This document shows positions 19,368 to 30,960 of a DNA stretch of 64,000 bases, piece after piece. Below the pieces are notes generated by a model. The model was not told the origin of the DNA. It made no database searches and saw only the letters and a program-made list of their open reading frames with translations. The stretch comes from an uncultured Gammaproteobacteria bacterium (GTDB taxonomy: Bacteria; Patescibacteriota; Microgenomatia; Daviesbacterales; UBA10151). The stretch covers positions 94,041-158,040 of the forward strand of contig CAYMZD010000003.1 of assembly GCA_964394855.1 (NCBI GenBank), in the 5' to 3' direction. A program made the position numbers and the translations under genes. Every line of letters starts with the position of its first letter. Position 1 is the first letter of the stretch.

Positions 19368-20033
19368 ATGTCTCAACTTTTAAAAAAAATCAATCTTCTT
19401 TATGGCTTTAGATTTTCCGAACAAGAAAGAATTCTTAAAGATAAATTATGGAAGATTCTTTGTTCTGACTTCTTACAAAAATATATCTCTAAAAATGACA
19501 CGGTTTTAGATTTAGCTGCTGGCTATTGTGATTTTATCAATAATATTATTTGTGGTGCCAAAATAGCAGTCGATATCAATCCAGAAACCAAAAAATTCGC
19601 CCAAAGGGATGTTAAAGTGGTCAAAGCCTACTCCATCGATCTTCCTAAGAAGCTAACCAATACTGTTAATGTTGTTTTTGCAGGATGTTTTCTGGAACAT
19701 CTTCCATCAAAGGATGCAATTTTAAAAACATTTCAAGAAGTCTATCGCGTCCTAAAACCGGGTGGAAGATTTATTATCCTAAATCCGAATATTCGTTTTT
19801 CTACATCAGACTACTGGGATTATTTTGACCATTTAACACCCGTCAGTGACAGAAGTGTAGTTGAAGGTTTGGAATTAGCTCAATTTAAAATTGAAAAGGT
19901 CATAGCTCGGTTTGTACCAAATACAGTTAAAGATCATTTGCCCAAAAGTCTTTTTTTAGTAAAAATATACCTGCACCTGCCTTTTCTTTTCCATATTTTT
20001 GGACGACAAATGTTAGTCATTGCCAGAAAATAA
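19368..20033 (+). CDS. Class I SAM-dependent methyltransferase
   Basis: 'VLDLAAGYCDF' motif I and 'LKPGGRFIILNPN' motif. Confidence 0.7.
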   Translation: MSQLLKKINLLYGFRFSEQERILKDKLWKILCSDFLQKYISKNDTVLDLAAGYCDFINNIICGAKIAVDINPETKKFAQRDVKVVKAYSIDLPKKLTNTVNVVFAGCFLEHLPSKDAILKTFQEVYRVLKPGGRFIILNPNIRFSTSDYWDYFDHLTPVSDRSVVEGLELAQFKIEKVIARFVPNTVKDHLPKSLFLVKIYLHLPFLFHIFGRQMLVIARK

Positions 20034-20046
20034 ATAAAACAACTTT

Positions 20047-20092
20047 ATCAACACATCCCACAGTGGGTATTATAAATTCCTAAAATATACAT
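20047..20092 (-). pseudogene. Remnant 5' fragment of a carbamoyltransferase gene (MYILGIYNTH then stop)
   Basis: The 29-nt stretch at 20064..20092 is identical to 17325..17353 (start of the carbamoyltransferase at 15584..17353); reverse-strand translation is M-Y-I-L-G-I-Y-N-T-H-C-G-M-C-stop; upstream flanks are degenerately similar. Confidence 0.5.
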
Positions 20093-20121
20093 ATTCTAAG
20101 CTTAAAAGTATATCATAGATA

Positions 20122-20856
20122 TTAGCTTATTTTTTTGATTATTTTAGCAGGCACTCCCCCAACTACACAATTATTGGGTACGTTTTTAGTCACTACAGCC
20201 CCTGCTGCTATCACTGAGTTCTCGCCAACAGTTACTCCATCTAAAATTACCGCCCCCGACCCTACCCAAACATTGTCTTTAATAATTATTCCTTCTCTTG
20301 AATATCCCTGCTTAGCAATGGGTATTCCCCTCTTTTCATATTGATGGTTAAAACTATACATTCTAACATGATCAGCCATTCTTACTTCATTACCTATCAC
20401 CACTGAACCTCCACTTCCGCAAATATAACTTCCTATACCAATTGCTACATTATTACCAACCATTATTCCCTTTTCATGTGCCCAAACCGTTACTCTTTCA
20501 CATAAAACACAGTTATTCCCTAATTTAATTTTACCGGCAGCTAGAATGGAGACATCATCTTTTATCCATATGTTATATCCTGCAGTAAAATTTTTAGGAT
20601 TAATAATTTTAAATCTTCTACCAATTAAAGCCGGGTTCTTATAGTTTAAAAAAGAGTGGTAATATAGTCCTCGTAAGATACTTGTAAAAAGACCGCTTCC
20701 CCCGACTAAAAGAATTGTCTGTAACAGATCACTGATGATAACTCTTACAAACTCTTTATCATTTGTAGTATGATAGTACATTTTTAAAAAATTTAGCATT
20801 TTGTTTATATCCAGTACTTTTGAGATTTTAGTTGTTTGTGATAATATTTTCAACAA
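20122..20856 (-). CDS. Hexapeptide-repeat (left-handed beta-helix) sugar O-acyl/acetyltransferase, WcaF-like
   Basis: C-terminal half is rich in [LIV]-G-x-x-x-x hexapeptides ('IGNEVRMADHVRM', 'VWVGSGAVILDGVTVGENSVIAAGAVV'). Confidence 0.7.
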   Translation of the reverse strand: MLKILSQTTKISKVLDINKMLNFLKMYYHTTNDKEFVRVIISDLLQTILLVGGSGLFTSILRGLYYHSFLNYKNPALIGRRFKIINPKNFTAGYNIWIKDDVSILAAGKIKLGNNCVLCERVTVWAHEKGIMVGNNVAIGIGSYICGSGGSVVIGNEVRMADHVRMYSFNHQYEKRGIPIAKQGYSREGIIIKDNVWVGSGAVILDGVTVGENSVIAAGAVVTKNVPNNCVVGGVPAKIIKKIS

Positions 20857-20876
20857 TTATGAACAAAAATTCATTG

Positions 20877-22628
20877 TTACTTTCTAGTTATTAGAAAATT
20901 ACCTATTACCAGCTCATCTATGCACCCCCAAAGTAAGTGTTTAATAGCATCTTCTGGACTGTGGACTATTGGAAGACCATGTTTATTAAAACTGGTGTTT
21001 AAAAGAACTGGAACTCCTGTTATTTGGCGAAACTGGTCTATTAGTTGCCAATAAAGTGGATCTATCTTCTTTTTAACAATTTGACTTCTGGCAGTATTAT
21101 CTATGTGGATAGCGGCAGGAATGTTATCAGCTTTTTTACTATTAACATCATCAGTTAGGGTCATAAATGGATTACCAAATCCATGTTGCAAAAAGTCTTT
21201 GCTGTATTCTTCTAAGATAACCGGGGCAAAGGGCATAAACCAGTCTCTTTCTTTAAGTCTTAAATTAAGGCGTTGTTTTGTTTCAATGTATCTGGGATCT
21301 GCCAAGACAGACCGATGTCCCAGCGCTCTTGGCCCCCATTCTCCTCTACCTTGAAACCAACCAACCACTTCACCTTTGGATAAGTGTTCCGCCACCTTTT
21401 TACAAATAGTTTTCCCCAAATCCAAGACCTTAATTTTTCGAGAAAAAAATCTGATCGCATTTTTAATCTCGCTTTTGGAAAATCCACATCCTAAATCAAC
21501 TGCTTCCAGTTCTATAACATCTAGTACTCCTCCAAATTTTTTATATGCCGCCATGGCGGCGCCAACTGCCACACCTCCGTCTGCTGGGCAAGGATAGATA
21601 AAGATATCATCAACCACTTTGTTTTGTAAAAGTCTGGTGTTAGCTTTAACATTTAAAAACACTCCCCCAGCCACTGCCAATTTTTTTTCTCTTTGATTTA
21701 ATTTCGATGAATATTTTTTAAACAAATACCTAATATATTTCTCCAATTCCTCTTCCACAATTTTTTGGGTGGCAAAAGCAATATTTTCAGCATCATATTC
21801 CTCGATCAAAAGGCGCAAGTATCGATAAGTCGGGGTCAATCTAAAATATTCTGGACGGGAAACACCGTTTATTTCCAGCCAATTATTCTTTGCTACCCAT
21901 TTCTTTCCATCAAAAAAGGGGAAAACTTCTCTCATTTTTTTGACCGCCTCGCTTGATTTACCAAAAGCTGCCAGGCCCATGGTTTTACCTTCACCATCAT
22001 TTAATTTAAATCCCAAAGCAACCGTGACTGCTCCAAAGTAAAGTCCCAGTGAGACATAAACCGGGATATCTTCCAGGTGCTCCAGCTGACGGTCTCTTCC
22101 CAGATAAACTGAACCACAAAGAGGATACCCTAAATCATTGATTCCATAACCATCAAGCACCACCACTAAACATTCTCTCCATCCAGAAAAATGATAGGCT
22201 GTTTCTGCGTGAGCTAGATGATGAGCCACATACAGTAGCTTTTCTTTGGGTAAACCCATTTCTAAATAGGTATTGGGCCTCTTATCAAACTGAGGAAGTT
22301 CTGATACTTTGAATAATAAAAAGGCTCTGGCCAAGGCCCACACTAACACCTTTTTAAAACCCGCATATTGAAACCCCTTAATGTAGTTAAGAAATAGTTT
22401 CATAAAATTTGTCGGAGGCGAAGCTGAGGCAAAATAATCAATATCAGAGATCTTTACTTTTTCATATTGTAGTGCGTGTTTAATAGCGGCAATGGGGAAG
22501 TGCCTGTCGTGTTTTATGCGAGAGATTCGCTCCTGCGATTCTGCGAAGACGACCCTCCCATCAACTACCAAAGCTGCTGAGTTATCATGGTTACCGCTAA
22601 AGTGACATGTTAAACCGATAATTTTCAT
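20877..22628 (-). CDS. Carbamoyltransferase, NodU/CmcH/TobZ family (second paralog)
   Basis: 'KIIGLTCHFSGNHDNSAALVVDGRVVFAESQERISRIKHD' N-terminal domain; C-terminal 'HIDNTARSQ...LLNTSFNKHGLPIV' carbamoyltransferase C-domain. Confidence 0.8.
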   Translation of the reverse strand: MKIIGLTCHFSGNHDNSAALVVDGRVVFAESQERISRIKHDRHFPIAAIKHALQYEKVKISDIDYFASASPPTNFMKLFLNYIKGFQYAGFKKVLVWALARAFLLFKVSELPQFDKRPNTYLEMGLPKEKLLYVAHHLAHAETAYHFSGWRECLVVVLDGYGINDLGYPLCGSVYLGRDRQLEHLEDIPVYVSLGLYFGAVTVALGFKLNDGEGKTMGLAAFGKSSEAVKKMREVFPFFDGKKWVAKNNWLEINGVSRPEYFRLTPTYRYLRLLIEEYDAENIAFATQKIVEEELEKYIRYLFKKYSSKLNQREKKLAVAGGVFLNVKANTRLLQNKVVDDIFIYPCPADGGVAVGAAMAAYKKFGGVLDVIELEAVDLGCGFSKSEIKNAIRFFSRKIKVLDLGKTICKKVAEHLSKGEVVGWFQGRGEWGPRALGHRSVLADPRYIETKQRLNLRLKERDWFMPFAPVILEEYSKDFLQHGFGNPFMTLTDDVNSKKADNIPAAIHIDNTARSQIVKKKIDPLYWQLIDQFRQITGVPVLLNTSFNKHGLPIVHSPEDAIKHLLWGCIDELVIGNFLITRK

Positions 22629-22629
22629 C

Positions 22630-23399
22630 TTATTTTTGTAGAATCACGGCCATATTACTGGCTCCATAACTTCTTCCTTCACTTTTCATATCCAGCTTTT
22701 CAAAATATTCATCAAATGGTAAATTTTTGCGTATCCCTCCCACCATTAGGCGAGAAAACAACAGATAGCACATTTTAGCAAAATGACCAGTATAATATAC
22801 TTTTTTGACTTTTAAATTAAATTTCTTTTTTAAATCTTTAAGATCATATCTTCTTAGATGTCCCACCATTCTATCATTAAGGTAATTGATTGGCCAAAAA
22901 AAAGGCCAGATGTGTCTAAATTTTAGTGGCACTACAATAAATACTTTACCTCTCTTTTTTAAAACTCTTTTCCACTCTAGTATTGCTTTTTGCTCGTCTG
23001 GAATATGCTCTAATATTGCGTTAGCCACTATATAATCAACGCTTTCATTCGGCAATAATATTTTTTCCGCGAAACCCCTCATTGGTATTAAATTTGTTAA
23101 AGAAAACGTCTTTTTATGTTTATTTAAATTCTTAATTGCCTGCAGGGAAATATCATAAGCATAAACTTTTAAACCTAACTTTGCCATCTCTACAGAGATA
23201 TAGCCACTTCCTGCACCTATATCTAAAAGGACTTTATTTTTCACATTCATTTTTATTAAGTCTTTTTTAATCTTGTTAATATAAGATATTCTCCAGGCGT
23301 TGAAATTTTGTTGATAATCGTCGTAAAGGCAAAGATCTTTATTAAAATATTCCTTTTGGTGCTTATAATGATTTTTAACTTTTAATCTGGGTGGTTTTT

Positions 23400-23403
<4 letters not shown>
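22630..23403 (-). CDS. Class I SAM-dependent methyltransferase
   Basis: 'VLLDIGAGSGYISVEMAKLGLKVYAYDIS' motif I. Confidence 0.7.
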
Positions 23404-26408
<3,005 letters not shown>

Positions 26409-26411
26409 TAA

Positions 26412-27368
26412 ATGAGACCATTTTTATCATTTGTCATTCCTGTTAAAAATGAGGAAAAATCAATAGAGCAACTTTCTGGGGAAATTAGAGATGTTTGTCA
26501 AAAAATTAAAAAAAGTTATGAGCTGATTTTTATTGATGACGGTTCTACAGATCAAAGTTTTAAAATTATTAAAAAAATTGCCAGGAAAAATAAAAACATC
26601 AAGGCTTTAAACTTAAGGGGAAATTTTGGCAAATCAATAGCTTTATCTATTGGTTTTTCCAAAATCCGAGGTGAGATAGTTTTTACACTAGATGGTGATT
26701 TACAGGATAATCCAAAAGAGATTCCTAAATTCTTAGAAAAAATAAACTCTGGTTACGATCTTGTTTCTGGCTGGAAGAAAGTTAGGCATGATCCGACTTT
26801 TAGTAAAGTACTACCATCAAGGGTGATAAATTTTTTGGCCAGATTTTTAACTGGAATACAAATTCATGATACTAATTGTGGATTTAAAGCATATAAAAGA
26901 GCGGTTTTGCAAAATTTAAATTTATATGGTGAGCTTTACAGATTTATTCCCATTATTGCTGCTAAGCAGAATTACAGAGTAGGTGAGGTTGAAGTAGAAC
27001 ATCGTCAACGTAAATATGGCAAAACAAAATTTGGTTGGGAAAGAGGTGTCAAAGGAATTCTAGATTTAATCACTATTGTCTTTCTCACAGGTTATGTCAC
27101 CAGGCCAGGACATTTTTTTGGCACTTTAGGAATACTATCTTTTTTTGCAGGGTTTCTGATCGGAGTGTATATCTTCTATCTTCGTATTACCACGGGCACT
27201 ATTCAATATCGACATCCCCTGCTTTTTTTGGGGATGTTACTGATGATTATTGGAGTACAGCTTATATCAACCGGCCTTTTGGCAGAAATGATGGTTTATT
27301 CAAAAGAGAAGTTTGATTATGCTGAAAAAATCCAAGAAACTGTAGGGCTAAAAGCCAAAAACTCTTAA
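26412..27368 (+). CDS. GT2 polyprenyl-phosphate glycosyltransferase (ArnC/GtrB-like) with two C-terminal TM helices
   Basis: 'LSFVIPVKNEEKSI...ELIFIDDGSTDQS...DGDLQDNP' and C-terminal hydrophobic helices. Confidence 0.8.
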   Translation: MRPFLSFVIPVKNEEKSIEQLSGEIRDVCQKIKKSYELIFIDDGSTDQSFKIIKKIARKNKNIKALNLRGNFGKSIALSIGFSKIRGEIVFTLDGDLQDNPKEIPKFLEKINSGYDLVSGWKKVRHDPTFSKVLPSRVINFLARFLTGIQIHDTNCGFKAYKRAVLQNLNLYGELYRFIPIIAAKQNYRVGEVEVEHRQRKYGKTKFGWERGVKGILDLITIVFLTGYVTRPGHFFGTLGILSFFAGFLIGVYIFYLRITTGTIQYRHPLLFLGMLLMIIGVQLISTGLLAEMMVYSKEKFDYAEKIQETVGLKAKNS

Positions 27369-29441
27369 ATCGGGATTTATTAAAATACAAGAGTTTTCCA
27401 TTTGCGTATCAAGAAAAATAAATCGAGCAGATTTGGCAGCAAAAAGAAAAACAAAAGTATTTTTATCTTGACCTAACCATGAAACTGGTATCTGTGGATA
27501 ATCGATTGTTTCAGATTGCTGGACCCAATTTTTACCATCAGTTGACAATCTGATGTATCCACCTTTTTGTTTTTGACAATTTCTTTCATTGTGTTGAATT
27601 TCTAGTCTAGTCAATAATATTTTTCTACCTATATCAATATTTAAAATATTTTTTTCTACCCTAAAACTTAAAATGTTAAATTTCTTTTCTTCCTCAAAAT
27701 TAACCTTTAAATATTTCAGGTCGTTCTTCCAGATTTTTAGCAGTGGCACTCCCAGAACCTTAACTTCATACAAGGGAAATAAATAACTGTCATAATAATC
27801 ATAAGCAAACCAATTGTTGGGTCCCCAGTTGTGAGACATCTCCATGACATATTCCCCTTGCATTCTGGGTCCACTTAAATGAGCATTAGAAAAATCTATA
27901 TCGGACCGCAGTTTTATCCTTGGTACATTCACCATATTAACAATGGGTAGTGCTAATTCGGCTTGTGGTTCGGCATTTTGATTTAACCAATTGACACCTT
28001 GTAAATAGACATTACCATAGCTGTTCCCCCAATACGGAATGTTTTTTTCTTTCGCACCAGCAAGACCACTAACTAGCTGGTTAAAATAGACATTCTCGTT
28101 GGGATGAAGTCTTGCAACCTCCCAAATAATAAAGCCAAATACCAATAAAAATATTGCCAAGACTCCTGTTTTGTAAATATGATTTTTGGCTATTTGAAAT
28201 AATAATTTTGCTCCCAATCCTGCAAGCACAGCCATGGCAGGAATAAATTCCATGATATGTCTTACGCCACTGTGAATGGTGGTACCAGGTAGAGAAACCC
28301 TAAGAATTGGCACTAGCAACCAAAGTAGTATCAAAAGATAAACTAACTCTTTCTTCCACAATCTTTTAAATGCAAAAATAAAACCTATGAATCCCAAAAC
28401 AAGGATCGGTAGGGGAGTTGTAATTAAAATCCAAAAAACAGGGAATAAATTAAATCCCTTAAAAATAAAGCTATTTAGCTCACCAGTAGGAGTTGTGCCA
28501 GCTTCTTTATAAAATTGCAAAACAGACCAGAGATGTTTAATAGGCTCATTCCAAAGATATGGCCAAAAAGCATAAAGTATGAGTAAAACGATGGCAGGAT
28601 AAAAGATTAAAATGATTAATAATTTTTTATCCTTTATCAACTGCTTTGGGGCTGACATAATATGTAATATTAACCAAGGAATTATAATAAAAGGTAAAAA
28701 TAGGGCATTAAATTTAGTACCCAGGGCCAAACCTGCTAAAATGGCAGATAAAATCATTATTTTCCATCTTTTTTTGACAATACCAAAATAAAAAGTAATA
28801 ATGGTTAAACCAAAAAGGGCTGTCTCCACGGGATCTTTAACATTAAAGTGTGATTCTGCAAAAAATAAAGGGTAAAAGGATAGAGAAAAAGATGCCACCA
28901 ATGATGCTAATAATCCAAAATTCAAATAAACAAAGATACTTAAACCTAAAATTAATAAAAAAGCAGCTGTGACTTCAAATAAATGAAAAGCTTCAATATC
29001 ACCAAGTATGCCTAACCTTTGATAAAAAATATGATTAAAAAAAGCAGCCAGAATATCGTTAATGGGAGGGTGTCCGAAACCGTCAAATCTGGCGAAATAT
29101 TCGAAGTTAAAAACATCTGATTGAAAATAACTTCTTCTATATGATGGGTCAGGGGCAATCGTACTGCTTTTAGAATTCAAATAAAGTTCATCTTCTCCCT
29201 CTCTTCCCATAAAATCAGATGAGCCTTTTAATTTTGGGTATTGAGGTAAGTTTAAATAATTTTTTTCTCCAGATAAAAAATAATGAAGATAAGCATACCC
29301 CCTATTAAAGTGAAACGGTTCATCCCAGTTAATTCCATAGTTGGATAGGGTAGCAACCGCTATAACAAAGTATGTGAGTGGTACGCTTAATATTAATAAA
29401 AAAGTAGGTATATACTTTTTCATCGACTCATTATATATCAT
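27348..29441 (-). CDS. GT-C fold membrane glycosyltransferase ('NWDEPFHFNRGYAY' motif) with C-terminal extracytoplasmic domain
   Basis: 13 or more TM helices; DE first-loop motif; paralog of 30961..33111, with DNA-level similarity visible (for example near 28840 versus near 32480). Confidence 0.65.
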   Translation of the reverse strand: MIYNESMKKYIPTFLLILSVPLTYFVIAVATLSNYGINWDEPFHFNRGYAYLHYFLSGEKNYLNLPQYPKLKGSSDFMGREGEDELYLNSKSSTIAPDPSYRRSYFQSDVFNFEYFARFDGFGHPPINDILAAFFNHIFYQRLGILGDIEAFHLFEVTAAFLLILGLSIFVYLNFGLLASLVASFSLSFYPLFFAESHFNVKDPVETALFGLTIITFYFGIVKKRWKIMILSAILAGLALGTKFNALFLPFIIIPWLILHIMSAPKQLIKDKKLLIILIFYPAIVLLILYAFWPYLWNEPIKHLWSVLQFYKEAGTTPTGELNSFIFKGFNLFPVFWILITTPLPILVLGFIGFIFAFKRLWKKELVYLLILLWLLVPILRVSLPGTTIHSGVRHIMEFIPAMAVLAGLGAKLLFQIAKNHIYKTGVLAIFLLVFGFIIWEVARLHPNENVYFNQLVSGLAGAKEKNIPYWGNSYGNVYLQGVNWLNQNAEPQAELALPIVNMVNVPRIKLRSDIDFSNAHLSGPRMQGEYVMEMSHNWGPNNWFAYDYYDSYLFPLYEVKVLGVPLLKIWKNDLKYLKVNFEEEKKFNILSFRVEKNILNIDIGRKILLTRLEIQHNERNCQKQKGGYIRLSTDGKNWVQQSETIDYPQIPVSWLGQDKNTFVFLFAAKSARFIFLDTQMENSCILINPDLRVFGF

Positions 29442-29451
29442 TTAGACAGTG

Positions 29452-29460
29452 TGATAAAAT
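29452..29460 (+). promoter_or_regulatory. Extended -10 element (TGaTAAAAT) ending 7 nt before the ATG at 29468; candidate leaderless promoter
   Basis: Read directly from the intergenic sequence 29442..29467. Confidence 0.3.
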
Positions 29461-29467
29461 TGCTATC

Positions 29468-30424
29468 ATGATAAAACTTGAAGAAAAAGTTAAGCGGTGT
29501 TATGAATCTGTACCTTTTCCTGATACATTAAGGCCATCTAGCGATTTTAATCAAACCCTCAATCATATTGTTTATTGGATAGACCTTAATTTAAATTTTC
29601 TATCTAAAGGATTAAGGTATACTAAACCTAAAACAATTTTATGTGCCGGTTGCGGCACAGGAGAAGAAGCTATTGCCTTATCAAAAATTTTTCCCAAGTC
29701 CAATATAGATGCAATTGATATCTCTAAAAACTCCCTCTCTATAGCCAAACAAAATATTGGAAAAGCAAAAATAAAAAATATCACCTTAATACAATCATCC
29801 ATCATTCTGGATTTACCAAAGTTTAATAAAAAATATGATCTCATTTATAGTGCTGGGGTAATACATCATTTATCAAATCCTAAGCTTGGTTTTAAAATTT
29901 TAACCAATAAATTAAAAAAAGAGGGGAAAATGGTCATTATGTTATATAACTCTTATGGTCTTTTCTTTTATAAATGTCAGTTGTGGTTATTAAAATTATT
30001 GGCAGGAGGTAATTTTAAAAAGCGTTTGACCTTAGTAAAAATATTAGGATTTGGTAGGGGAAAAGATAAAGTCTTTATCTTTGATTCCTATATTAATCCT
30101 CAAGTAAAAACTTTTTCCATAGAGAATATTAAAAAATGGGTTAACGAGGAAAAACTTGTTCTTGTCAATATTGTTCCACCATTAGATATTGGTAAAATGA
30201 TTGAATTCGCCACAGCCGGCCAAGGGTATTTTTTCCGCAGAAAAAAACTTTTATCTACCATTCTATCATTCTTAAAACTATTTTACCCAAAAAAGCGATT
30301 TAAAAAAAATGACAAAGAGAAAATAACTTTCCCTCTTTGGAAAACTCTATTTTACCAGATCATATTTCTGCTACTGGGCAAGGGGGAGGTTCAATATTTA
30401 TTACAACCAAAAAGGCCTAAATAA
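29468..30424 (+). CDS. Class I SAM-dependent methyltransferase
   Basis: 'ILCAGCGTGEEAIALSK' motif I. Confidence 0.65.
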   Translation: MIKLEEKVKRCYESVPFPDTLRPSSDFNQTLNHIVYWIDLNLNFLSKGLRYTKPKTILCAGCGTGEEAIALSKIFPKSNIDAIDISKNSLSIAKQNIGKAKIKNITLIQSSIILDLPKFNKKYDLIYSAGVIHHLSNPKLGFKILTNKLKKEGKMVIMLYNSYGLFFYKCQLWLLKLLAGGNFKKRLTLVKILGFGRGKDKVFIFDSYINPQVKTFSIENIKKWVNEEKLVLVNIVPPLDIGKMIEFATAGQGYFFRRKKLLSTILSFLKLFYPKKRFKKNDKEKITFPLWKTLFYQIIFLLLGKGEVQYLLQPKRPK

Positions 30425-30434
30425 ATTTTTTTAT

Positions 30435-30929
30435 TTAAATCTTTTCAATTTTCTCCTTAAAATCTTTGGCAGAATTTATGTCATGTCGCAAAGCTATCCA
30501 CCAGCCGGAATCAACCGGTACCTTTTTTTGTATTTCTTCCACAATTTTAATATGTCTTTCAAACATCCCAACTAAACCGTCTTTTTTTGCAGAGATTTTT
30601 TTGGTTGTCACAAAATTTGTTAAATTACCAATATGAGTTGAGTATCTCGAGGCAGTAGGTTCAAGTAGATTTATTTGATTACTATTTACCACGAAATAAA
30701 CTTCTGCTAGCCTCTTTTCTGCCAAGTACTGATAATAATCGGTTTTATCATTATTATTGAATTTAAAAAACAAAATAATTTTTTCCTTTATTTTCTCAAA
30801 ACCACCCGCTACATGATAAATTTTAATTTCAGGACTAATTACTTGTTGCTCGTCTGCGGCGCTAACTAGTCTGTAATTTATCAAAAATATTAAACAAAAA
30901 AATACCAATAATATTTTTCTCACTATCAT
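30435..30929 (-). CDS. Small secreted protein with signal peptide, function unknown
   Basis: 'MIVRKILLVFFCLIFLINYRLVSA' signal; shares a 'YQ..L..KRL.EV' motif with 35899..36444. Confidence 0.45.
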   Translation of the reverse strand: MIVRKILLVFFCLIFLINYRLVSAADEQQVISPEIKIYHVAGGFEKIKEKIILFFKFNNNDKTDYYQYLAEKRLAEVYFVVNSNQINLLEPTASRYSTHIGNLTNFVTTKKISAKKDGLVGMFERHIKIVEEIQKKVPVDSGWWIALRHDINSAKDFKEKIEKI

Positions 30930-30960
30930 ATGTTAAATCATATCTATTAAACTTATCAAG

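Noticed and set aside
20055-20075. Short hairpin 'cccacagtggg' downstream of the methyltransferase gene as a terminator
   Set aside because: The stem is only 4-5 bp with a 1-3 nt loop and no convincing U-tract. It sits inside the duplicated carbamoyltransferase-start fragment and is better explained by that.
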